The position numbers and the translations under genes are program-made. The notes under the pieces were generated by a model, which saw only the letters and a list, made by a program, of their open reading frames with translations, had not been told where the DNA came from and searched no databases. From the NCBI GenBank assembly GCA_012735535.1, contig JAAYHC010000050.1:1-62295 (forward strand): 62,295 nucleotides of DNA, in the 5' to 3' direction. Origin of the DNA: Bacillota bacterium (lineage in GTDB: Bacteria; Bacillota; UBA5301). Positions 18,643-26,185 of the stretch are shown here, one piece after another (positions within the stretch are counted from its first letter, which is position 1; each line of letters begins with the position of its first letter).

Positions 18643-18716
18643 AATACTACCTCCAGATACAATAAACATTACTTAAGTAGTATCAGCCCGCTCCTCTATA
18701 ACTTATACCAAGCCGA

Positions 18717-19307
18717 TTAGCGTTGCCAGTAGACCAAACGCCCCGCACCAGCGAAGTTGTTCTGCCAGTACTGATTGCGGATATTATAAAAAGTCTCAAT
18801 AACCCGACCTCTACTCGACGAGGGGATGACAAAATAGACCAGATCTCCTTGCTGCCTGACAAAGATCCCGACCCCGCTGATCTGCCCGGCGTTGTTTTTG
18901 AAGAACAATAAGTCACCGGGTTGGACCTGGGCCATACTGATGGCCAGCGTATTCCAGTTGAACAAGTGACTGCTGGCGACATCTGCAACCAAGACCGGCT
19001 TTTCTCCGCCACCGGCAGCAAACCGGATATCACCCAAGACACTCCGGTAGACGTTGACCACTAAGCCGGAAGCATCGATACCTTTGTCCGGCGTGGGATT
19101 GGCGAGAAATTCCTCTAAGGTGACCTGCCCGCCCAACTTGTAATAGACCCCGTGTTTAGCATATTCTAATGCAACCTGACAGGCAGCCCGGGCCTCTTCG
19201 GGCGTAACGGTCTTTTGAACATAATCCGCGGCGGCCGCCGGCAAAACGCCGAGGCCCAGCAGCGCAATCAATAGCACAAGAGCGATTTGACGTCTCATCA
19301 GCATCAA
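18717..19307 (-). CDS. secreted NlpC/P60-fold protein lacking catalytic Cys and His
   Basis: Signal peptide (..AAA), YKLGG, GIDASGLV (canonical DCSG), QPGDLLFF, ISGVGIF (canonical SHVGIY), SSSRGRV, FAGAGR. Confidence 0.75.
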   Translation of the reverse strand: MMLMRRQIALVLLIALLGLGVLPAAAADYVQKTVTPEEARAACQVALEYAKHGVYYKLGGQVTLEEFLANPTPDKGIDASGLVVNVYRSVLGDIRFAAGGGEKPVLVADVASSHLFNWNTLAISMAQVQPGDLLFFKNNAGQISGVGIFVRQQGDLVYFVIPSSSRGRVIETFYNIRNQYWQNNFAGAGRLVYWQR

Positions 19308-19415
19308 CCCCTTATTAGCCGTTATTACTTACATTTCTGGTTTGCAGTGTTAATTCCTACGCCATTTTCGTTAATTTTACCTCCACCGGAAGGAATCGGC
19401 CCTGCAGAGCAGGAA

Positions 19416-19435
19416 ATATTTAAACGTTTAAATAT
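19416..19435. promoter_or_regulatory. LacI-family operator (autoregulatory)
   Basis: Perfect 20-bp palindrome ATATTTAAACGTTTAAATAT with central CG, abutting the lacI-like SD AGGAG. Confidence 0.7.
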
Positions 19436-19448
19436 AGGAGTGAGCCAG

Positions 19449-20393
19449 ATGAAGGCTGTCACCATTAAGGACGTCGCCAAAAAAGCCGGTGTATCTATCG
19501 CCACCGTGTCCTATGTGTTGAATGGCTCCCGCAAGGTATCTGCCGCCACCGCCCAAAAAGTGCTGGAAGCTGCAGCTGATCTTGGCTATACGCCCAACAC
19601 GCTAGCCCAGGCTTTGGCCGGCAAACAGACCAGATACTTAGCTGTCGCCGTAACCAACAACTTTTCGCAGCTCAGCTCAGATTCCGGACTAAGCGAAATC
19701 CTATACGGTATCGGTGAAGCGACCTATGCTGCAGATTACAGTTTTTCGCTTCTCTTTGCCGACCAGATTACACCGGAGTTAATTGCCGAACTGGCCGGGA
19801 AAGGCGTGGAAGCCCTGCTGGCTATCGGTTTTCCACCGGCCCATCTCCCAAAGGCACCTTTTCCGATCATCTGCGGCGGACTTTCTTACTCCACAAACCC
19901 TGACCCCGCTGGAAACGGAGTCTGGTTTTCCTATCAAGACGTGTTAAATTTGGCCACCAAGCACCTGATCGAGTTGGGTCGGCGACACCTCTTGTTGCTG
20001 GCGCCCGCAGGTGTCTGTTCCGCGGCACCGACTGATTTGCCGCTCGCGCATGTGCTTGCCGAGCCAACCAGTGCCGGCGGCTATTGGGCGATCGACAAAA
20101 TCGCCCGGACCCGCACCTTTGACGGGATTATTGCCTTTAATGACGGCATGGCCATCGGGGCCTTGCGCGCCCTGGGCCGCCACCACATCAAAGTACCCGA
20201 AGAAGTCGCGATTGTCGGGTGTACCGATGCTCCGGTTGCCTCGTACTCGGAGCCGCCGTTGACTACGGTCCGGCTCCCCTGGCGAGCCTTGGGACAAGCG
20301 ATGGTCGCACGCTTTCTCGGCGATAAGATCCCAAACCTGATTCCGCCGAAACTGGTCATCCGGGAATCCTGCGGATCAGCTTTGTGGATTTAG
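19449..20393 (+). CDS. LacI-family transcriptional regulator
   Basis: TIKDVAKKAGVSIATVSYVLN, YTPNTLAQAL, PPLTTV; ATG 19449 follows the SD. Confidence 0.94.
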   Translation: MKAVTIKDVAKKAGVSIATVSYVLNGSRKVSAATAQKVLEAAADLGYTPNTLAQALAGKQTRYLAVAVTNNFSQLSSDSGLSEILYGIGEATYAADYSFSLLFADQITPELIAELAGKGVEALLAIGFPPAHLPKAPFPIICGGLSYSTNPDPAGNGVWFSYQDVLNLATKHLIELGRRHLLLLAPAGVCSAAPTDLPLAHVLAEPTSAGGYWAIDKIARTRTFDGIIAFNDGMAIGALRALGRHHIKVPEEVAIVGCTDAPVASYSEPPLTTVRLPWRALGQAMVARFLGDKIPNLIPPKLVIRESCGSALWI

Positions 20394-20419
20394 ATAAACT
20401 TGAGGAGGATCAAATTGAG

Positions 20420-21523
20420 ATGGCAAGAGTAGTATTAAAAGATGTTTGCAAAAATTTCGGTACTTTCCAGGCGGTCAAAAACGTTAATCTTGAAATCGCC
20501 GACAAAGAGTTCGTTGTTCTGGTCGGCCCTTCCGGGTGTGGCAAGTCGACCACGCTCAGAATGATCGCAGGGTTGGAAGAAGTCACCTCCGGTGAGATCT
20601 ACATCGGCGACCGCTTGGTCAATGATGTTCCGCCCAAAGACCGGGATATCGCCATGGTTTTTCAAAACTATGCCCTCTACCCGCATATGAATGTTTATCA
20701 AAATATGTCCTTTGCGCTGCGCCTGCGCAAAATGCCCAAAGCGGAAATCGACCGCCGAGTTAAGGAAGCCGCCGAGCTGCTAGGCATTGCCACGTTATTG
20801 AAACGCAAACCCAAAGAGCTCTCCGGCGGCCAACGCCAGCGGGTAGCACTCGGCCGAGCCATTGTCCGCGAACCGCAGGTCTTCTTGCTTGATGAACCCC
20901 TCTCCAACTTGGACGCTAAGCTCCGGGTGCAGATGCGCTCCGAAATCAGTAAGCTGCACCGCCGCCTGGAAGCGACGATCATCTACGTTACCCACGACCA
21001 AACCGAGGCGATGACTATGGGCGACCGCATAGTGGTGATGAAAGACGGGGTCATCCAGCAAGTCGGCGCACCGCTCGACATTTACGAACGCCCGGTGAAT
21101 GCCTTCGTAGCCGGCTTCATCGGCAGCCCGGCGATGAATTTCATGTCCTGCACGCTTGTTGAGGAAGCCGGACAGTTTTCCGTGAAGACCAGCGGTTTCA
21201 CGCTGCCGATACCGGCTGAATTGGTTAAAGCGGAGGAACTCCGGCCCTACGTTGGAGCGGAGTTGCTCTTCGGCATCCGGCCGGAAGATATAGTCGACGC
21301 GAACGATCAACTCAACCATGAAACCGAGTTCCTGAACGTACAAGTGGATGTCGTTGAGCCGATGGGAAATGAATGTTATGTTCATGGTTCACTGGGCGCA
21401 GATGCCTTCATCGCCCGCTTCGGCGCCCATACCGGCGCCAGACCCGGCCGGCAGCATCAGGTCAGTTTGCGGATGAGCAAGATGCATCTCTTCGACGCCA
21501 AGACCGAATTGGCGATCATCTAA
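20420..21523 (+). CDS. msmX: MsmX/MalK-type sugar ABC transporter ATPase
   Basis: GPSGCGKST, LSGGQRQR, LDEPLSNLD, YVTHDQ, FIGSPAMN, TOBE tail. Confidence 0.93.
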   Translation: MARVVLKDVCKNFGTFQAVKNVNLEIADKEFVVLVGPSGCGKSTTLRMIAGLEEVTSGEIYIGDRLVNDVPPKDRDIAMVFQNYALYPHMNVYQNMSFALRLRKMPKAEIDRRVKEAAELLGIATLLKRKPKELSGGQRQRVALGRAIVREPQVFLLDEPLSNLDAKLRVQMRSEISKLHRRLEATIIYVTHDQTEAMTMGDRIVVMKDGVIQQVGAPLDIYERPVNAFVAGFIGSPAMNFMSCTLVEEAGQFSVKTSGFTLPIPAELVKAEELRPYVGAELLFGIRPEDIVDANDQLNHETEFLNVQVDVVEPMGNECYVHGSLGADAFIARFGAHTGARPGRQHQVSLRMSKMHLFDAKTELAII

Positions 21524-21562
21524 ACAGCACATGTAAATAGCCGACAAACAACTGCTTCACAC

Positions 21563-21589
21563 GGGGTATGAACGATCATACCCCTTTTT
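21563..21589 (+). terminator. intrinsic terminator
   Basis: GGGGTATGA-ACGA-TCATACCCC-TTTTT. Confidence 0.85.
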
Positions 21590-21624
21590 GTTGCCCTCTG
21601 TCGGTGCGCACAGACCAAAACCAC

Positions 21625-21656
21625 TTGACAATGTAATAATAATATTCTAATATTCT
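21625..21656 (+). promoter_or_regulatory. sigma-A promoter with a tandem AATATTCT repeat
   Basis: TTGACA-N17-TAATAT; AATATTCT occurs twice (21641-21656). Confidence 0.55.
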
Positions 21657-21703
21657 TATATCATAATTTGTTCGCTCAAACCATAATGAAGGAGGCAATT
21701 CCA

Positions 21704-22612
21704 GTGGCACAGCCAATCTCACGCCGAGAGTTCCTCAAGCGCTCCGCCTCGGCAGTAGCAGCCGGCACCGCAGCTGCCAGCGGGCTAGCAACAACAGTCC
21801 AAGCCGCTAGCGGGGCCAAGCGGGTCGGAATGGTCATTGATCTCACCCTTTGCGATGGTTGTAACGAATGTAGCTTAGCCTGCCAACGCAAAAACGGCCA
21901 TCCGATCAATCCCAATCCCCAAGGGTTAACGCCCGAAAACTACTTGTACGTCCAATCAGTCAGCATCGACACCCCGAGCGGCACCCAAGAAGTGCACATT
22001 CCCAGAAAGTGTATGCATTGTGATGATCCGGCCTGCGCCGGGCTCTGTCCTTTTAGCATCAATACAAAAACACCGGAAGGACCGGTCGTCATCAATGAAG
22101 ATTACTGTCTCGGCGGTCAAAAGTGTAAAGCGGTCTGCCCCTGGGGTATTCCGCAGTTGAAAAAGGGGGTCGGTTTCTACAAAAAGCTCGAACCGCTACC
22201 CTTCGGCGCAGGGGTAATGTACAAATGTGACGGCTGTATCGACCTCGTCAGGGCTGGAGAAGCTCCCGCCTGCGTCACCGCCTGCCCGCAAGGAGCGATT
22301 AAGTTTGGCTCCCAGGAGGCGATGCGAGCATACGCCCATGAACGCGCCGCCGCCATCTCCGGTTATGTCTACGGCGATCAAGAGGCCGGTGGAACCTCGA
22401 CCTATTACGTTTCCGCCGTTCCCTTCGCGGCGATCGATGCCGCACTGGCCGTCCAAGGCGAACAACCGCGAATGCCTGTTAACGCGGAAAATGTCCTGCA
22501 TGGTGTTAACGGCATGGCCCAGGCTTTGCTGATCGCGCCGGTCGCCGGTATCTTTGCCGCCGGCTTTGCCGCCCACAAAAAACTGACCAAAGGGGATGAG
22601 GCCAATGAGTGA
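21704..22612 (+). CDS. Tat-exported four-cluster FeS protein (DmsB/FdnH/HybA-like) with C-terminal membrane anchor
   Basis: SRREFLK, CDGCNECSLAC, CMHCDDPACAGLCP, CLGGQKCKAVCP, KCDGC..PACVTACP; GTG 21704 follows SD AGGAGG. Confidence 0.88.
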   Translation: MAQPISRREFLKRSASAVAAGTAAASGLATTVQAASGAKRVGMVIDLTLCDGCNECSLACQRKNGHPINPNPQGLTPENYLYVQSVSIDTPSGTQEVHIPRKCMHCDDPACAGLCPFSINTKTPEGPVVINEDYCLGGQKCKAVCPWGIPQLKKGVGFYKKLEPLPFGAGVMYKCDGCIDLVRAGEAPACVTACPQGAIKFGSQEAMRAYAHERAAAISGYVYGDQEAGGTSTYYVSAVPFAAIDAALAVQGEQPRMPVNAENVLHGVNGMAQALLIAPVAGIFAAGFAAHKKLTKGDEANE

Positions 22613-23312
22613 TCGGATTCTCTGGAAAGAAGGCAAAGTCAAACGCCAAAGCCTCAGTTCGATACTCGTACACTGGAGTGTCGCCCTCTCGACCTTCGTG
22701 CTGATCTTTTCGGGTTTTGGCCAGTTGCCGATGTATAAGCGTTTCGGGATCGTCAACCTCCCCGGCCTCGCTTGGGCGGGCGACTATCCGCTGACCCTGA
22801 AGATGCACTACCTCGCCGCAATCGTTTTAACCTTAGCGGTCTTTTATCACCTTACGGAAATAGTACTCACCAAAGATTTTGACCTCTTTCCGAAAAAGGG
22901 CGACCTACGTGAAGCAGTGAAAATTCTTTTGGCCATGGTCGGCATCGGCAAAGAACCGCCATCAGATAAGTACCTGGCCGAACAGAGGCTTTCCTACGCT
23001 TTCATCGGCAGCAATCTGTTCATTCTGATCCTGACCGGCATGCTCAAAGTATACAAGAACCTGCCGGGCATCACAGTCAATAATGCACTGGTGCTCTGGG
23101 CTACCCAACTGCATAACCTCGCCACCGTCTTGTTGGTCCTCGGGGTACTCGGTCACCTGGCCGCCTTCATCGCCAAACCCAATCGCAAACTGCTGCCGGC
23201 GTTGTTCACCGGTAAGGTTGATTTAGCCTATGTGCAAAAGCGGCACTCCTTGTGGTTTAAACGCCTAGAGCGCCAAGCCTCTTCAAGCCAAGACTCGCGC
23301 CACATCGGGTAA
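22605..23312 (+). CDS. di-heme cytochrome b (FdnI/formate dehydrogenase gamma-like)
   Basis: Four TM helices with four His ligands (VHW, MHY, LHN, GHL); KYLAEQRLSY. Confidence 0.85.
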   Translation: MSDRILWKEGKVKRQSLSSILVHWSVALSTFVLIFSGFGQLPMYKRFGIVNLPGLAWAGDYPLTLKMHYLAAIVLTLAVFYHLTEIVLTKDFDLFPKKGDLREAVKILLAMVGIGKEPPSDKYLAEQRLSYAFIGSNLFILILTGMLKVYKNLPGITVNNALVLWATQLHNLATVLLVLGVLGHLAAFIAKPNRKLLPALFTGKVDLAYVQKRHSLWFKRLERQASSSQDSRHIG

Positions 23313-24347
23313 ACCGGCGCCTTGCTCCGAGGCAGCCGCTCCGGCAAGGGGCTCGGCTGCCTCCACGAGCAGATCATAAACCTCATCCGGGCTTAGTTCC
23401 GGCCGCCAGGCCAGAACCAGCGCAGCTACTCCGGAAACATGGGCGGCCGCCATGGAAGTGCCGCTCATGGTCTTGATACTGCCACCAAGGTAGGTTGACA
23501 GAATGTCTTTGCCTGGAGCAACCAGGTCCAGCCCATATCCTCCGGTACTAAAATCAGCCACCTCATCAAGGATCGTGCTTGCCCCTATCCCGAGAACACC
23601 CTGCAACCGGGCTGGGTAACCAGCCGCCGACTTGCGCCCGTCATTGCCGGTCGCCGCAACCAAAACAATCCCCTGTTGATGGGCCGCATTCACCGCTCTG
23701 CGCAAGGCCAGACTGGCCATGCTCATGCCAAAACTCATGTTCAGAACGTGAATATGGTTTCTCACCGCCCACTCTATCCCCTGGACAACCGCGGAAAGGC
23801 GGGCCGCCCCTTTATCATTAAAAGCCTTGATCGGTACTAGGCCGGCCTCCGGAGCAACACCGATCACTCCGCCGCCGGTGCGGGCAGCCCCGACTATTCC
23901 GGCCACGTGCGTACCGTGTCCGTGATCATCCTCCGGGGGCTCATCAGGGTTCAGGATATTAACACCCTTGACCAAGTTAGGGAGCAAATCCGGATGGTCC
24001 AGATCTATGCCGGTATCCAAAATGCCGACCCGCACACCTTGACCGCGTGTTTGTTCCCAGACCTTCGGCGCACCAATCCGCCGCACTCCCCAGGGCACGG
24101 AGTCAAACAAAACCGTCCTGCCGTAACCGGTCTCCCGGCCGACGACGTAAATGACATAATCCTGTTCGACCCATTGCACACTACTTAACGAGTTCAGTTT
24201 CTGCACATTTGTTTCCGGCAGAAGACAGACGAACCCGTCGACCAGCGGCAAAGCTCGCACAATCTCAACCTTCCGGGAAACCAACTGCCGATAGAGATCC
24301 TCGCCGGCACCCACACCGGCGAGGACAAGGTACTGAACCGACGACAT
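23283..24347 (-). CDS. S8 subtilisin-like serine protease with I9-like prodomain and no signal peptide
   Basis: Catalytic ILDTG, HGHGTHVAG, GTSMAAAHVSG; ATG 24347 follows SD AAGGGGG. Confidence 0.93.
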   Translation of the reverse strand: MSSVQYLVLAGVGAGEDLYRQLVSRKVEIVRALPLVDGFVCLLPETNVQKLNSLSSVQWVEQDYVIYVVGRETGYGRTVLFDSVPWGVRRIGAPKVWEQTRGQGVRVGILDTGIDLDHPDLLPNLVKGVNILNPDEPPEDDHGHGTHVAGIVGAARTGGGVIGVAPEAGLVPIKAFNDKGAARLSAVVQGIEWAVRNHIHVLNMSFGMSMASLALRRAVNAAHQQGIVLVAATGNDGRKSAAGYPARLQGVLGIGASTILDEVADFSTGGYGLDLVAPGKDILSTYLGGSIKTMSGTSMAAAHVSGVAALVLAWRPELSPDEVYDLLVEAAEPLAGAAASEQGAGLPDVARVLA

Positions 24348-24370
24348 CAGGACACCCCCTTCATTCCCTA

Positions 24371-24411
24371 CAGAATATGCGTCACCCCGCTGCCTGTCCA
24401 CTCATAAACTA
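24371..24411. promoter_or_regulatory. back-to-back overlapping sigma-K-type promoters
   Basis: Plus: AC(24384-85)-N17-CATAAACTA, a perfect sigma-K match. Minus: AC-N16-CATATTCTG towards the protease. Confidence 0.6.
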
Positions 24412-24457
24412 GAGTGAAGCAGTGGATAAGCTGCCATAGGTTTAGGAGGTGGATGCA

Positions 24458-24682
24458 ATGTCCTTACCGGAAGATGAACTCAAGAATCCTGCCGGCGAAC
24501 AACCAGATTCCCAACCGGTTCCCAAAAGAGGAAGAGTCTTTGGCCATCCAGCCAGAACAACAGCGGCACTCCAATCTGCTGCCAATTCCGTGATCAAACT
24601 GGGAAATAACCTCAATGAACTAACCGCCGCCTTGGACAACCTGGTCAAAGTAGCGGAAAAAATCCGCGGCCAATCGCTGTAA
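24458..24682 (+). CDS. small coiled-coil protein A (74 aa), unknown function
   Basis: SD AGGAGG 8 nt before the ATG; amphipathic heptad segment similar to the ORF at 24985. Confidence 0.7.
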   Translation: MSLPEDELKNPAGEQPDSQPVPKRGRVFGHPARTTAALQSAANSVIKLGNNLNELTAALDNLVKVAEKIRGQSL

Positions 24683-24755
24683 TCGGGCGGAGAGCTTGTA
24701 CACAACCGCATTGCGACTGCATAATATGCTACCGTAGGGAAAGGAGGTCATGCGG

Positions 24756-24875
24756 ATGTTGGGATTGTTCGGGAAAGACGGCAAATTGAGCGGCCTGTTA
24801 GACCTGATTATTGCTTTGTTCGTCATTGATTTTCTCGTCGGCGGAGGTCTCTTTGACTTGTTCAATCAAGAGTAA
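24756..24875 (+). CDS. small hydrophobic peptide B (39 aa), absent from the ORF track
   Basis: SD AAGGAGG; MLGLFGKDGKLSGLLDLIIALFVIDFLVGGGLFDLFNQE; own sigma-K-like CATAATATG at 24720; followed by a terminator. Confidence 0.65.
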   Translation: MLGLFGKDGKLSGLLDLIIALFVIDFLVGGGLFDLFNQE

Positions 24876-24911
24876 GAACAGCGCAATTATCTATACTTCC
24901 TTTAGTCATTC

Positions 24912-24940
24912 ACAAGGACGGGCGACCGTCCTTGTTTGGT
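24912..24940 (+). terminator. intrinsic terminator after peptide B
   Basis: ACAAGGACGG-GCGA-CCGTCCTTGT then TTGGT. Confidence 0.7.
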
Positions 24941-24984
24941 TCTGAATAGCCTATAATATGAAATCTACTTAGGAGAGGATGACA

Positions 24985-25278
24985 ATGTCCGAAGAACTGC
25001 AACCAACCCACGATACTGTGGAGGCCATACCTGATCAGGAAAGTAAACCTAGCCAGATCAGCAGCTCAATCAATAAGCTGCGCGAGGTCTCGGCGGCCCT
25101 AACCCAGCTGGGTGAAGATCTAAACCAACTGGTTACCGCACTGGAAGAATTGACCGCCATGCTGAGTCTATTCGCCAACATCGGGAAAAAGGGAATTGGT
25201 CCTCAGGGGAGCGGGTTCCCCGAGGTTAGTCAGCTGCTCTTGGCCCTTCTTGGTCAGCAACTGAGTCAAAATAAATGA
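24985..25278 (+). CDS. small coiled-coil protein C (97 aa), paralogous to A
   Basis: SD AGGAGAGG; LTQLGEDLNQLVTALEEL aligns with VIKLGNNLNELTAALDNL of ORF A. Confidence 0.72.
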   Translation: MSEELQPTHDTVEAIPDQESKPSQISSSINKLREVSAALTQLGEDLNQLVTALEELTAMLSLFANIGKKGIGPQGSGFPEVSQLLLALLGQQLSQNK

Positions 25279-25352
25279 ATCGTGAATACCCTGAGACTGA
25301 GGAGGCATAGACAAGCTTACCCATTAACAGAGCTGAAAGGGGGCAAACCCGA

Positions 25353-25436
25353 ATGTCTAAGAGCTTCTTTGGCAATGACTTATTCAGCATCATCATTTTA
25401 CTCTTCATACTGATGCTGCTGTTCAATCATTTCTAA
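25353..25436 (+). CDS. small hydrophobic peptide D (27 aa), absent from the ORF track
   Basis: SD AAAGGGGG; MSKSFFGNDLFSIIILLFILMLLFNHF; followed directly by a terminator. Confidence 0.6.
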   Translation: MSKSFFGNDLFSIIILLFILMLLFNHF

Positions 25437-25442
25437 CAGATC

Positions 25443-25469
25443 AATTAGGGGGGCTTGTCCCCCCTAATT
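25443..25469. terminator. bidirectional terminator between peptide D and ppaX
   Basis: AATTAGGGGGG-CTTGT-CCCCCCTAATT. Confidence 0.75.
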
Positions 25470-26103
25470 ACTTAATGAGATCAGTTAAGTGTTCCAACCA
25501 AAGATGTGGCTCGCGCCCCTGAAAACTGGCTGGCGGGAAAATCGTCCATTTCAGCCCGGCCGTAGTCGTCCCGGCCCGCAGGCCCGCCTCGATATCGTAA
25601 GGACTGTCTCCAACCATCAGCGCTCGTTCGGGCGGATAATGCAAGCGCTTTAAAGCCAGCAAAACCGGTTCCGGTTCCGGCTTATGCACCTCCGTCTGGT
25701 CAGCCCCGACCAAAGTATCGACATATCCGTCAAGCTTGAACAGGCGCAACCCCCGCCAGGCCGAATCGGTCTTTTTGCTGGTGACCACACCGACGGATTT
25801 GCCTGCCTCTTTAAGCGCCCGGAGAGTTTCCAGCGCCCCAGGGGTCACTTTGGCCAAAGCATCATGATGCGCCAGATTATGCTCGCGATAGACTTCAACC
25901 ATCTGCTGTGCCTGCTGCTCATCATCGGCGAATAAGCGCATCTGGTCCAAGAGCGGCCGGCCCCAAAAGCGGTAGAGCTGCTCCCACGGTACCGGGCTCC
26001 CTTTAACTACGGAAAAAGTGTACTCAAAAGAAGTTTCAATTAACTCCGTCGTATCCAAAAGGGTACCGTCCAGATCAAAGAGAATACAGTCTTGACTAAC
26101 CAT
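25468..26103 (-). CDS. ppaX: HAD-family phosphatase, PpaX-like
   Basis: LFDLDGTLLDT, VVTSK, HKPEPEP, MVGDSPYDI; start at ATG 26103. Confidence 0.85.
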   Translation of the reverse strand: MVSQDCILFDLDGTLLDTTELIETSFEYTFSVVKGSPVPWEQLYRFWGRPLLDQMRLFADDEQQAQQMVEVYREHNLAHHDALAKVTPGALETLRALKEAGKSVGVVTSKKTDSAWRGLRLFKLDGYVDTLVGADQTEVHKPEPEPVLLALKRLHYPPERALMVGDSPYDIEAGLRAGTTTAGLKWTIFPPASFQGREPHLWLEHLTDLIK

Positions 26104-26134
26104 GTGACCACACTTTCTGTCGAAGATACTAAGG

Positions 26135-26163
26135 ATTATACCTGTTATCACCAGGTTAGTCAA
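26135..26163 (-). promoter_or_regulatory. sigma-A promoter of the ppaX-like gene
   Basis: TTGACT-N17-TATAAT. Confidence 0.8.
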
Positions 26164-26185
26164 AAGAACGTTTTTTCTCCCGGGA

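Noticed and set aside
19287-19448. 54-aa N-terminal extension of the LacI ORF in the track
   Set aside because: It covers the divergent promoter/operator region; the HTH and SD define ATG 19449
20795-21385. 196-aa antisense ORF inside msmX
   Set aside because: Typical antisense shadow of an ABC ATPase; no independent signals
22196-22756. 186-aa minus-strand ORF across the FeS/cytochrome b junction
   Set aside because: Antisense shadow of two supported genes
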